Part shown: positions 1 to 12,443 of the stretch, piece by piece
How the letters are laid out: each line of letters opens with the position of its first letter
Position numbering within the stretch: position 1 is the first letter of the stretch
From: Octopus vulgaris
Lineage: Eukaryota
Reading direction: 5' to 3'
DNA length: 64,000 nucleotides
NCBI GenBank assembly: GCA_951406725.2
Contig: OX597837.1
Location: forward strand, 20,584,001-20,648,000
Notes under the pieces: model-generated
Databases searched by the model: none
Told to the model about the DNA's origin: nothing
What the model saw: only the letters and a program-made list of their open reading frames with translations
Translations under genes and position numbers: made by a program

Positions 1-331
1 TTATACCATTTTGGAATCAGGATGATCGCGGGATAGAAAATCTGCCCTTCATTTGGTTCTTGAACATCCAGCGTTGGAATCTGATTGAAAAGCATTTGGG
101 TTGCTATTTCTAGCAGCTTGGCTACTTCACGCCATCTTGGTTGACCTTTGTCAGATGACATCAGAGATAAATGACATTCGCTTCGTTAATTTTACGTTGA
201 TATAAGAACTTTGGGACAAATTGACCAACAGTTGGAATTCAACTTGGGACTCCCCATCCGTCCTTAACCTCTGCTCAAACGCCACCGGAACATATAGTCA
301 TTATAGAGGTAGGATTTTTGTGGGTTTTTAC

Positions 332-556
332 GGCGGTGAGCAGGGCGAAATGCTTAGCGGTATTTTGTCTGTCTTTACGTTCTGAGTTCAAATTCCGCCG
401 AGGTCGACTTTGTCTTTCATCCTTTCGGGGGTTGACAAATTAAGTACCAGTTGCATACTGGACGAATTAAGTTCCAGTTGCATACCGGAGTTGATCTAAT
501 CGAGTGCCCCGCCTCCTCAAAATTTACGGGCCTTGTGCCTAGAGTAGAAAAGAAAA
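332..556 (+). mobile_element. SINE family A copy (degenerate, alternative ...ccttgtgcctagagtagaaaag tail)
   Basis: Contains the B-box-like gagttcaaattcc and the core gtcgactttg(c/t)ctttcatcctttcgggg shared with about 10 other copies in the window. Confidence 0.85.
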
Positions 557-573
557 GGATCTTTGTGGCTTTT

Positions 574-1310
574 GTCAGTGTTTACAATTATCTTTAAAAA
601 AATTATTCGATGTAATAGATGTAATTTTTGACGCTGAATCCGAATTTGATTTTCATTTATTCCAGAAAGACTTTGCAAAAGTGCTACAGGTGTTCAAAGT
701 TTGATCATTTTCAAAATTTTCAGCCAATCAGAAAACAGCGCGTTCGCTGCCTCTTCCATCATCAGGTGGGAGAGGGCATCGGCATGTCAAAACATTGCTA
801 GAAATAACAGTCAAGACATTAAAATATACACGAATGAAGTTAACATTTAAGACATTCGCGAGCAAATTAAATATTTAAAAGCTACGAACAAACAAACCAA
901 CAGGAGTTGAATGTTCACCATTCCGCATTCATTGCACACACACATACACCACACCACACATTGAAACTCTCCCACTAACAGTTGCCATCACCCCTTTCTT
1001 TCTCATTCATATGTTGTGACGGAGGAAAACACAAGAGTATTATTATAGAAGATTATCCTTCTCGTATCTCCTCCTTGTGTGCATACGTAGCATCTTTGGT
1101 TACTCCGGAAACAGAGTTTTCCGTCACGGCGAAGTGTAAAAGACTCGCTTCTGATTGGATAAAATACCCAAATTTTGCAAATTTTAATGGCTAGTAAATT
1201 TTAAATTACGAATTTATAAGGAAAATGAATTTCATTTTCATAATTAGTATACAAAACTTAGTCTATATACCAAATTTGAAAACAATTGGAATAGAATTGT
1301 AAACACTGAC
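574..1310. mobile_element. MITE-like non-autonomous DNA transposon (~737 bp)
   Basis: Perfect 16-bp terminal inverted repeat gtcagtgtttacaatt (574-589) / aattgtaaacactgac (1295-1310). An inner inverted pair ccaatcagaa / ttctgattgg is also present. No convincing ORF; TSD unclear. Confidence 0.7.
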
Positions 1311-1454
1311 GAAAATTTTGGCTGCAAGCTCAGTTAGCACTCTACAGGAACAAACTTAAAACTGCGCACGAAGAGCAGCTTTTTAGCTACTCTGGAATAA
1401 AGTGTTAAACAAATGTGGTATGCAAATTAACAGCTGAAGCTCTCTGTAGCTAGT

Positions 1455-1470
1455 AGATATACATACATAT

Positions 1471-1508
<38 letters not shown>

Positions 1509-1510
1509 GC

Positions 1511-1551
<41 letters not shown>

Positions 1552-1571
1552 GTATATATATATACATATGC

Positions 1572-1610
<39 letters not shown>

Positions 1611-1623
1611 ATATATATACATA

Positions 1624-1662
<39 letters not shown>

Positions 1663-1674
1663 ATATATATACAT

Positions 1675-1713
<39 letters not shown>

Positions 1714-1965
1714 ATATATATACATATCATATTATATATATATATATATATGCATACATATATATATATATATATATATGCATATATATACATATGCACA
1801 CATATATATACACATATGCATATATATATATACACATATGCACATATATATATATACATATGCATATATATACATACATATGCACATATATATACATACA
1901 TATGCATATATATATATATACTTTTTTTTTTCTAGTTTCGGCTCAGAGCTGCGGCCATGCTAATG

Positions 1966-2016
<51 letters not shown>

Positions 2017-2060
2017 TGCATACATATACATATATATATATACGTACACATACACACAAC
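1455..2060. repeat. Compound (TA)n/(CA)n microsatellite
   Basis: Directly visible and the source of spurious YI-rich ORFs. Similar tracts occur at about 2745-3235, 13965-14450, 14685-15100, 18440-19050, 21405-21680, 24780-25470, 28460-29015, 38295-38880 and 45700-47470. Confidence 0.97.
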
Positions 2061-2783
2061 GGACGTCCGTGCAATTTCTGGTTACCAAATGCACCCACAA
2101 GGTATTGGTCTGCCCGGAGTAGACCAATAGTAGAACAAACTTTTAATCGAAGGCGCCGCGCAGTGGGACCGAACCCGAAACCCCGTGACTGTATAGCTAC
2201 TTTTTGGCCCACGCGGCCATGCCAGCGGTAAAGACAACAAAAACAATTGCTTCGGGTGGAGGATAACGTAGTTTACGCGCGCGCGCGCGCATGTGTGCGT
2301 GTGCGTGTGATATCAATGTCTGACGGAAGACAGGCACAGAGCTGTGGTAGAGGGTTAGTAAGAGGAGTAAAAAGCCAAGTGGTATCTGGTGGTAAAGTGC
2401 TGGGTCGGGGGAGGTATATGATATAAGGACAAATGTGACGTAGGCACACCGTGGAGGGGTAGAGAGAGTGACAGTTGGAAAGAGAGAGAGAGAGAATGGG
2501 AGTGAGAGATAAGAGTGTGGGATAGATAAAAGAAGGGGAGTAGTAAGAGATGGCAAGTGAGTAAGCTATATATATATAGATTGAAATGTAAATAGTGTTG
2601 GCACGTGGAGAAATCAAATGTGTATTATGTGAGAGAGAGAGAGAGTGAGAGAGAGAGGGACATGAGTATGACAATATGTGTAGAAAGACAGACAGATATG
2701 ACAATGAAAGATCAGTCAGTAATATTATACACGCAGAGAAACAATATATATATATATATACACACACATATATATATATATAT

Positions 2784-2815
<32 letters not shown>

Positions 2816-2924
2816 AATATATACATATACACATATATATATATACATATACACATATATATATATACATATATATATATACATATATATATATACATAT
2901 ACACATATATATATACACATACAT

Positions 2925-2957
<33 letters not shown>

Positions 2958-3311
2958 CACATATATACATATATACACATACACATATATATATACATAT
3001 ATATATATATACACATACACATATATATGTATACATATATATATACATATATATATACACATATATATATATACACATGTATACATATATATACACATAC
3101 ACATATATATATACACACACACACATATATATATACACACACACACATATATATATATATATACATATACACATATATATATATATATACATATATATAT
3201 ATGTATATATACACACACATACATACACACACACGCGAAGAGGAAGAGAGAGACAGGGAGACAGAGACAACGGAGCAGAGAAAGCTAGGTATTGATGACA
3301 GACAGAAGTAA

Positions 3312-3312
<1 letters not shown>

Positions 3313-3360
<48 letters not shown>
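3313..3360. repeat. (GA)n microsatellite
   Basis: Uninterrupted AG run. Confidence 0.97.
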
Positions 3361-3363
<3 letters not shown>

Positions 3364-3939
3364 TGCAGATGACCTTGACCCAACTAAACAATTTTGAAAC
3401 CTATAAAATTAGTATTTCTGTTGGTATTCACACAGGCTGCTGGTGTAAATTGATAATGATATTGATGATGATGACGATAGTGGTGTTGCTGCTGCTGCTG
3501 GTGAAAGTTTCTGTGCGATTGAAATAGTTTGATATGGCACGACCGACCGCAACCTCAGAGTCGACTTTTATCCACAACCACCACCACCATCATCATCATC
3601 TCATCTCCTCTCACATCACAAATAACAGTTTGTTGCTATCGCCGTTTCGCCTCAGATCAGTTTTAATGACAGGCTTCCCTGGTGGGAGAATTCCAGGTAG
3701 CAAATTATTGCATAACAAAAGGGATCTTTTCACTTTCGTAGCCTGATTTGTCAAATTTTTCCTACTTAACCAAACAATTTGAAACTTCGTATACTGGTAG
3801 AATGTGTCAAAAGAAAACTTAATTGTAAACCAGAACGGAATTGTAATTTCTAAGTTTAACATTGTTTAATAATTAGAATTTTAACCAATAGTATTCGGTC
3901 TTTCGGCTTGATATTATTTACTCCGTCTCAATAGTGAAA

Positions 3940-4230
3940 AGATCCAACAAAAGCAACCTTTCGGAAATTTAGCTGCCATTTCTAACAGACTGACGGTCAG
4001 TAAGAAGGATCTCCTGATGGCTCATACTAGTTACTGTTGTTTAAGTCCAACTCAGCACATGTATAATCAATAACATTCCAATCGTGACTATCTCGTCTTT
4101 CTTATATACAAGATATCCAGGATTGTATCCTCTAACGCCATGCACTTCTTATTATAGGTATAATTTGAGAGAAACTTGGCTGTTATTTCCAGCAGATCTA
4201 CTGTGCGCGTAGAAGCCCTCCCGTTCACTC
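3940..4230. mobile_element. Old dispersed repeat family F (motif ggctgctatttctagcag), degenerate copies
   Basis: Variants of the motif recur at about 100, 3970, 4177, 21157, 51741, 57225 and 57375, and in reverse at about 54316, 55004, 56790 and 63205. It is probably an ancient SINE; boundaries are approximate. Confidence 0.55.
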
Positions 4231-4499
4231 GTAATATACAGAGTATGGCTTGTTCGAACGTCCATGCTTCCATTTCTTACAACTTCATAGCTTGGTGCTA
4301 ATGTAAGGAAAATACTGTTGTTACTAAGTTTGTTGCTAGGGTTACCAACGGCTGTTGCGATTGTTGCTGTGGTTCTTCTCTCCTTCCACCCCCAATGAAG
4401 TATTCCCGCGAAAACTGAAAATTTGGTCGTCGACTTTTTATTGACAGTAAGTAGGTGTTTAGCTCAAAGATAGCCTTGATGATCTGACCTGTGACGAAA

Positions 4500-4730
4500 G
4501 GTGAGCTGGCAGAAACGTTAGCACGCCGAGCGAAATGCGTAGCCGTATTTCGTCTGTCGTTACGTTGTGAGTTCAAATTCCGCCGAGGTCGACTTTGCCT
4601 TTCATCCTTTCGGGGTCGATTAAATAAGTACCAGTTACGCACTGGGGTCGATATAATTGACTTAATAACTATGTTTGTCCTTGTTTGTCCCCTCTGTGTT
4701 TAGCCCCTTGTGGGTAATAAAGAAATAGGT
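4500..4730 (+). mobile_element. SINE family A copy
   Basis: Head gagctggcagaaacgttagc, B-box gagttcaaattcc, conserved core, tail aaagaaataggt. Confidence 0.9.
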
Positions 4731-5189
4731 AATCTAATAGTGACTGTGCTGTCTTTGGTTTCGATACATAATGTACCTAGGTTTACAATATATACAGGTG
4801 TCGTTTTTTCACGAAAGCAGAACGTGGCTTGAAAGAAATTTAGCAGGTATTTAGTGGAGCGACCAAGGCAAGACGCTCTTACCCGTCAACTCGTCACAAG
4901 TACATGATATTGTTATAATCACAACTAATGTTAACGTTGCTTCTGTCGCAACCGCCTTTGTTGCTATCACTACTGTCTTAGTGATGCTAATTGAGTGTAT
5001 GCATAAACTATATCAACATATTTCGCTAAAACACGAAGTGGTTCGCTCAAAGCTGCTCTGCAGTTATACATAAAACATAAAGGGCTACTCGAATTGCAAA
5101 TTTTTGACATTTACAATGAAAGAATTCAGTGACAGCGAGTAGCGGGCGCAATCTCTCCTTTTCTAAACACAGAAGAATGGCTTTCCAAC

Positions 5190-5650
5190 TCAGCACTTTG
5201 CCGAACTGTTCACGGTGAGCGGCGGCTTGCCGACATTGGGACTTTGATGCCTGCCCCAATAGTTTACCAAGATTCTCCAGCAGAGAGACAGGGTGCAGCG
5301 AAAGGGTGATTTCAGCTGATAAAGTATCCGATGAGCTGAGCCGCTGTGTGAGGAGCAAAAATCGTCAGGGTTGGATGGTCTGTCCCACGAACTATATTTC
5401 CACATTCCAGGCTTATTTCGCTCCCGTCCTGGCTGCAGACCAGGAGCATTCCCAGTTGACTGAGCAGAGAAGTGATGGCGCTGACGATGAAGAATCCAAC
5501 CCAGAGAGGCGTGACAGGAAACTTCAGATCCATAACTCTGTTCAATATATTGGCAAAAGGTGCCCAGCCAAGAGACTGGTTCTTCTCGGCAGCGTGGATT
5601 TGGATGTGCCAAAACCAGTGCAATCTATCAACGAAAACCTCCACCATACA
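5190..5650 (+). pseudogene. Degenerate L1/Tx1-like LINE reverse-transcriptase fragment
   Basis: Frameshifted frames give KSSGLDGLSHELYF (cf. KSPGxDGLxxEFY), GNFRSITLFNILAK (cf. NYRPITLLNxDxKILAK) and QSINENLH (cf. RSIxDNL). These occur in the correct order, with stops. Confidence 0.8.
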
Positions 5651-6309
5651 TGAGGGTCAGAAATAGATCTGTTTCGATGGGCTTGCAACTTAGGACTTGG
5701 AGAGAGAGGTCCATACTGGAGTGGTGAGTTGTCAATGGAACGAGGACAAACACAAAGTCACATGAGCGCGCTCGACGGACATCTCCCAACTACCGTCTAC
5801 CATATCCAAAGCATTTGTGGGCCCGTGGCTATAACAGAACATACTTGCCCAAGGTAGTACGCTAATATGCAGTTGGAACTGAAACCAAAACCATATGGTC
5901 GAGAAGCAAGATTCTTAATGTACGGCAGCTCCTGCAGCTAAGATGGAAAGTATGAGCGATGAAGGCATAGGAGCGGGCCTGGGTGTCAACGGGAAAAGTG
6001 TGAATAGCATCTCCTGGAGGGATTTCATATCAAAGACAACTCTAGAAGGTTCTTGGCAAGAACAAAATACGTGCAAAGGACGAAATTGCCTTGAACCCTA
6101 TCGTTCAGTGTTTGAGCAGTACCAACTCGTTGAATGATATCTAACAACTGCTGCTGCGTGCAGGAATCCGGTCATGGGCCGAGTCTGTAGTGAAAACCGA
6201 TGCTTCACTTTGCTTTGACAAGGAAAGACTGCTAATCTTCCTCAGCGTGGTGGCAGTGGCGAAAGAAGTTTGTATGGCTGACTTATCTGAAAAGCTTGAA
6301 TATAAGCAT

Positions 6310-6393
6310 CAACTAGGCCCAAACCAGACACCCTCCAACTTCCACCCGTTCGGTCCAATGAAGGACAGTCTTTGGGGACAATGATTTGATAAC
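6310..6393 (+). pseudogene. Mariner transposase C-terminal relic
   Basis: Reads PNQTPSNFHPFGPMKDSLWGQ*FDN, resembling mariner YSPDLAPSDFHLFGPLKxxLRGxRF. Short, with an in-frame stop. Confidence 0.6.
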
Positions 6394-7435
6394 ATTATGT
6401 TGACTGGTTGTTGGTTTGTTTACGTCCCTGTGCCTTCTTGTATAGAGGAAGAGTTATTCTACAAACATATACAATTTCCCTTGGCCCTACTTTCGGGATA
6501 ACCCTCGTTGTGTGTGTGTGTGTTTAAGGAAATGTAAAGACAGGGGAAAAAGAGAGAACGTGTTAATCGTGATAAAAAAGGATAATGCACTTAAATCTTG
6601 AAAAATTCTTGTTCTTTTGTCAGAATAAAAATACAAAAACAAAACAAAAAAATACTAAAAGCGTAGAAAAGAAGAAAAAAAGAACGGAATAGAAGAGAAT
6701 AAAATAAAGTTGCACGATTATCTGCGTAAGAAACTAGTCCCCCATCCCCACTTCTATCTCGACCCCCTTCCCGCCACATACACATTAAACCATTTCAAGA
6801 CAGCAGTTTGGCAACTTATCAGGAACTCTTTCGTAATAACTCATTCTCAAGAGTTGTGTGTATCTGTGTATGTGTGTGTGTATATATAAATATATATAAA
6901 CTTAACCAAAAAAAAAAAAAAAACCCACATGCTCAAGGAACTATGCACACTCACACACACACTAGTGTGTGTGTGTGTGTGTGTGTTGCACAATAATTAA
7001 CAACTGTCTAGAATGGACAGTGAGTAGGCAGTCGCTACCTCACTGCTGTGACTATTGTGTTGCGGTCGTTGGCCAGGACACTAAACTTAAAATCGTTCTA
7101 CTCCCACCTAGCTGCAAATAGGTACCATGGGCGGTGCACAGTTCACAGTCGTATAGCACCAACCAAATCTATGAGTGACGTATTTTTGATGGCATATTAC
7201 TTTGTATAGACATATTACACGAATCCCAATTTCAAAAGCGTAATATTTAAGGAAAAGAGCATCAGAGACAAATTCACTTATGAGAGGCATAACTTCGCGT
7301 GCACACACGCACACACACACAAACACAGAAGCAAATCGAAAAGAAAAAGAAAGACGACAGAAGTCAAAAGGACGTACACCGCAGTGAATGTATCAGGTCG
7401 ACACTCAGTTTCAGATGAAAATAAAAGGTGCGTGT

Positions 7436-7462
7436 GACGTTTCGACCATGCTTCTTCGTCAG
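7436..7462 (-). ncRNA. Minimal Penelope-type hammerhead ribozyme core (helix I not formed)
   Basis: The minus strand reads CTGACGA-AGAAGCATGGTC-GAAACGTC, with a palindromic ACGT helix III and a GUC site. The flanks do not pair. Confidence 0.5.
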
Positions 7463-7769
7463 AAAGAGGAATAGCGCGGATACACACACACACACATAAA
7501 ATCACTGTGTTATTGACCAGGCTATTGGATGTTGTTGTACATCACTAGTCACAATGCATTTCGCAGTTTTAGATTTCGAATGATGCCACCCCGCTGGCTA
7601 GGCGAGGAAGAACCATATTTGCTAACACCTCCACCCACCCCACCCCGAATCGGAAAGTTATTCCGTCGCAGGTTTATCCATTTACAGTTGAGTGGACTGG
7701 AGCAACGTGAAATGAAGTGCTTTGTTCGAAAGCACAACGCGCCGCCCAGTTCCAGAAATCGAACTTACG

Positions 7770-7806
<37 letters not shown>

Positions 7807-7934
7807 AAAAACGGTAAGATAACAAAAGAAAGAAAGAGACCTCAAAATAACAAAAGAAAGAAAGAGACCTCAATATTATGTAAGTAGAGGAATTTATCTG
7901 TAAATATAATATGTGACAATTATTCAGTAGCCAT

Positions 7935-7995
7935 GATAAAACTCTGAGTTTCGGATGCCGAAGTGGAAATCCACAACACCATCTCTTCGGTTATC
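7935..7995 (-). ncRNA. Degenerate type I hammerhead ribozyme (Penelope-like element end)
   Basis: The minus strand reads GATAA-CCGAAGA-GATG..CATCC-GAAA-CTCAGAG-TT-TTATC. Helix I is GATAA/TTATC, helix II GATG/CATC, helix III ACTC/GAGT. The core has U4>C. Confidence 0.6.
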
Positions 7996-8328
7996 TGGCC
8001 ATTAAGTGCATACTCAGTCCATACAGCCGTAAATAGGTACTGCGTGAGAGCAAATTAACTCTGTATCCAGGTAACTATGTATCTAGTTCAATCAGCTGAA
8101 AATAGATATCAATGAAGAAATGCAATTCATTGCTGTAGTCAAGGAGTGTATAATCTGGGAGTTGTGATGAGCACCTCGCGGATGTAGATACGATCAGCTA
8201 TAGGTGTGTGGCTAAGAGTTCCGATTCGGAACCATAAGTTACCAGACTCGGTTCAACCACGCGCTCATTGGGACAAGCATATTCTGTTATAGTTTCGGAT
8301 TCCTCGTGATTGGAATTTGGTAGAGATA

Positions 8329-8670
8329 GGCGTGGCTGTGTGGTAAAAAGCTTGCTTCCCAACCACATGGTTCCAGGTTCAGTCCCACTGCATGGCACCT
8401 TAAGTAAACGTCTTCTACTATAGCCTCGGGCCGACCAAGGGCTTCTGAGTGGATTTGGTAGGTGGAAACTGAAAGAAACCCGTCATATATATATGTGTGT
8501 GTGTGTGTTTACGTCCCCGTAAATTAGGGGATCAGCAAAAGATATCGATAGAATAAGTACCAGGCTCAAGAAAAAATGTACTGGTTGTAATTCATTCGAC
8601 TAAAAATTCTTCGAGGCGGTGCCCCAGCATGGCTGCAGTCCAATGACTGAAACACGTAAAAGATAAAAGA
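8329..8670 (+). mobile_element. SINE family B copy (tRNA-like head, internal microsatellite, stem-loop tail)
   Basis: A-box-like tggctgtgtgg, B-box-like ggttcagtccc, body and tail ggcggtgccccagcatggctgcagtccaatgactgaaac. Confidence 0.9.
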
Positions 8671-8838
8671 AGCACTATGGTTGATTCGTTCGATTTGAAT
8701 CGTTCAAGTCTAATGAGTGAAACAAGTAAAAGATAACAAGTCGTGATTCTTCTTCATTAGGGACAGTTATATACTCTAGAGGTGTGAAGAACATTAGAAT
8801 GTTCTTTCTTGAATAATGTCACCTTAAGATATTTTAAA

Positions 8839-9076
8839 GGCGGCGAGCTGGCAGAAACGTTAGCACGCCGAGCGAAATGCGTAGCCGTATTTCGTCTGCC
8901 GCTACGTTCTGAGTTCAAATTCCGCCGTGGTCGACTTTGCCTTTCATCCTTTCGGGGTCGATAAATTAAGTACCAGTTACGCACTGGCGTCGATGTAATC
9001 GACTTAATACCTATGTCTGTCCTTGTTTGTCCCCTCTGTGTTTAGCCCCTTGTGGGTAATAAAGAAATAGGTATTT
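8839..9076 (+). mobile_element. SINE family A, full length
   Basis: Near-identical to 29829-30065. Confidence 0.93.
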
Positions 9077-9324
9077 TGTACTTGATGTAGAGAGTTCAGA
9101 GAGAGATATGTTCACTATTTTCTGTTAGAGATCAATTTTGCACGCGCGCGCACACACACACATTTATTGATCAATTCGTTTTGCCGAGGCGAATATTGTT
9201 CCGTAATGCAGACCAACAAGATCGAAACATTCCTGTTATTTTTGCCACTTGGTTTTTAAAACAAGGTCCACTGTTTAATACAGGACAACACCGATATAGC
9301 TCAGTTATCTCGCTTGTTGATTTT

Positions 9325-9434
9325 TGGCACCTTGGGAAAGTGTCTTCTACTATAGCCTCAGGCCGACCAAAGCCTTGTGAGTGGATTTAGTAGACGGAAA
9401 CTGAAAGAAGCCTGTCGTGTATATATATATATAC

Positions 9435-9502
<68 letters not shown>

Positions 9503-9695
9503 ATGTTTGTCCCGCCAACAACGCTTGACAACCGATGCTGGTATGTTTACGTCCCCGTTACTTAGCGGTTCGGCAAAACAGACCGATAGAATAAGTACTA
9601 GGCTTACAAAGAATAAGTCCTGGGGTCGATTTGTTCGACTAAAAGGCGGTGATCCAGCATGGCCGCAGTCAAATGACTGAAACAAGTAAAAGAGA
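9325..9695 (+). mobile_element. SINE family B, 5'-truncated, with internal (TA)n(TG)n
   Basis: Body and tail match the family consensus seen at 12444-12839 and 40105-40498. Confidence 0.9.
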
Positions 9696-11395
9696 GTATT
9701 AAACAATCTTAGAAGGAATTTTGTCTGTAAATTGCATGATTAATCTCAGTGAATAGAAGTTTCCTAACATACTTTTTGATAAAATTCAGACGGTTTTAAA
9801 CATTTTAAACTTGCGCAACAACTATGGTAAAAAAAATAAAGTAGGTTTGTATTGGTGTAGCAGTTATTTCCTTTGTTTCCAACGTAAGTCAAGATTCGAA
9901 CATCTTGGAACCTCAAACAGGCGGCGGCCTTTTTTGTTGTAAGGGTCGGAGTATAGCTAATTTGCAACGACACCATACTGCTAGTTCCGTAATTTCTCGC
10001 TTCATGGGGAAGCTCGCAAATTGTAGACAAAACAAAAGCAGCTGTGTCCATGTCGTCGTGGGTCACTGGACGAACAATTCGGTTAAACTGCCTTGGATCT
10101 GGTTCGGTCCGAATCTTCAGGTGGATAGGGATTTGAAACCTTGTACGTATAATAGGAAGGGTTATTATAATCATGATTAAGGCAGCGCGCTGGAACAATC
10201 GTTAGCATACCAGACAAATGCTTAACAGCATTTCTTCCAGTTTTACGATCTGGATTCAAATTCCACCGAGGCCAATTTTGCGTTTCACTCTTTCGGGGGT
10301 TGCTGTATCCAACTAGCTACCTCCAACAAATTCCTGGCTTTGTGCCTACAGTAGAAAGGGTTATTATTATTATTGTTGCTAATTTTACGATAGATACGGA
10401 TAAAAGAATTATTATTTTAATGCCGCCTTTCTGTGTGTGTGCATATCCAGATAGATAGACAGGCAGACAGATAGATAGATAGATAAAGAGAAAGAGAGAG
10501 AGAGAGAGATTTCAAATGTATACTTATAACACCAAAGCAATGAAAGTTATAAAAACTAACAAATCAACGGTGACTTCCAGGCCCGTCGCCAGACCTTGAT
10601 GCCCGGAGTGGGCTTCAGGATATTATGGTGGGCACTAATTTGTAATAATGCTAAAGTGAAGTTTCGAAGTAAGTGTATCACTGCAAACCTGAAGGTGCAC
10701 CATTGGATAGTGGAGGGAACAGTGCTGTCCAATGCACCGATTTGGCGATGGGCATAGTGACTTCTCACATTCCACCGAAGATTTTCCTTAAGGAGTCCTA
10801 ACCACCGAAACATTGCTTTTGCTTATTTCAGCCAACTGGACAGCGGCCATGCAGGAGCACTGCCTTGAAGGGTTTGGCCGAATAAATCGAATCCAGTCCT
10901 TACTTTCTTTTAAAATCTTGGTACTAATTCGATCGTTTTATTATTGCCGAACCATAAAGCGACGGGAACGTAAATAAACGAAGACCAATTGTCGAGCGAA
11001 GGTGGTAGACAAACACACATAAGCACACAAAAACATGCTACTATCTCAGTCTGAGAGAAACTTTGCATCTATTAGGATGTAAACGAAAATTTGCCCTGAA
11101 GAGGCTTTTACCTTTTAAATGCATAATGCAATCTTAATTGCAAAATATGAACGAAAGTAAGAAATTGAAACGTACGTCTGTGATATGAAATTGACTCTTA
11201 TATAAATACATTGATATAAATACACTGTGTTCAAAGTCTTCATTTTCCTTATATTATATTATATATATATACATAGACCTCAATAGATAAATGGGTCGAT
11301 TGAATAAACATATCGATAGCGAACCTACAATGATTACTGGAAGCAGCCCTTAATTAAATTTACTAAAATATGTAATGAACATTATTTGACTCTTC

Positions 11396-11454
<59 letters not shown>

Positions 11455-11790
11455 TGAGTGAGAGAGAGAGAGAGTGGGTGAGTGAGTGTGTGTATACGAT
11501 GGGCTTCTTTCATTTTCCACCTACAAAATCCACTCACAAGATCTTGGATGGACCCGGGGCTATAGTGCAAGATACTTGCCCAAAGTACCACGCACTGGGA
11601 CTTGAACCCCAAACCTTGTGGTTGGGAAGCAAACTGCTTATCCACACAACCAGATAGGCCGAGAGAAAAAAAAACAGATAAACTCAGAGAAAGAGAGTTT
11701 TGCCCATATAAACACAAATATGAAAGGGTCACATGTAGTAGCTATGCTGTATATTATATATAAATGCATGTATATGTGTGTGCGTACTTC

Positions 11791-11844
<54 letters not shown>

Positions 11845-11846
<2 letters not shown>

Positions 11847-12170
11847 GTAGAAAAATACAACATGGACAAGAACGTATAACTCTTAGAAGACGACACAATA
11901 AACACGGACAGGACATTCGAAACCCTCAGTCTTCAGTCAAGAACCGGATCATCGTAGTAATTTCGGCTGATTAATCTTGAGATTACTAGATCACGGCCAG
12001 CCCTCCAAGAAAAACTAAGCAACGAGCATTAGAAAAACTAAGCTGGAAGCGTAGATTTCCTGGAAGAAGGATCGAATGCATACGAACACCAGGACAGCAA
12101 AAGGGACAGATATAAAAAAAAACAAAAAACAATAATGGAATACAGAAACATGAAATACAGAAGCATTAAC
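11845..12170. mobile_element. Dispersed repeat, possibly a Penelope-like element end; homologous in inverted orientation to 39585-39715
   Basis: gtcttcagtcaagaaccggatcatc...atttcggctgattaatctt here is the reverse complement of aagattaatcagccgaaatt...gatgatccggttcttgactgaaga at 39.6 kb. The class assignment is inference. Confidence 0.55.
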
Positions 12171-12443
12171 GGTGAAGTGTATGTTGATAATTTTTGGAGT
12201 CATATTCAAGCAATTACTAAAACGAAATTTTCATAGGAGTGTATAAAACCCATTTTAGGGAGTGTATTACGTGCGTGTGTGTGTGTGACTATATAAAGAG
12301 ACAGAGCCTTACATAGATATGCGTAGCGATTATAGAAACAACTCGTGGATGTAGACATTGATTGATAATGTGTCTTACTCAATTCGTCACATGCGCCCTT
12401 GTATATATATATATATATTTACATACACACACATACATACATA

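Noticed and set aside
4298-4703. Recurrent ORFs such as MRNWYLFNRPRKDERQSRPRRNLNS and [13 protein letters not shown]
   Set aside because: They are translations of SINE family A copies and recur wherever the SINE occurs.
9764-10198. 144-aa ORF of non-repetitive composition
   Set aside because: I recognise no domain, the start lies in a degenerate SINE head, and there is no splice or homology support; it is probably a decayed TE.
11900-12010. GAAA...CTGAAGA arrangement here, at 39600-39640, and GAAAC...CTGATGA at 42870-42920 as type II hammerheads
   Set aside because: The helices cannot be drawn convincingly, so these are kept only as dispersed repeats.
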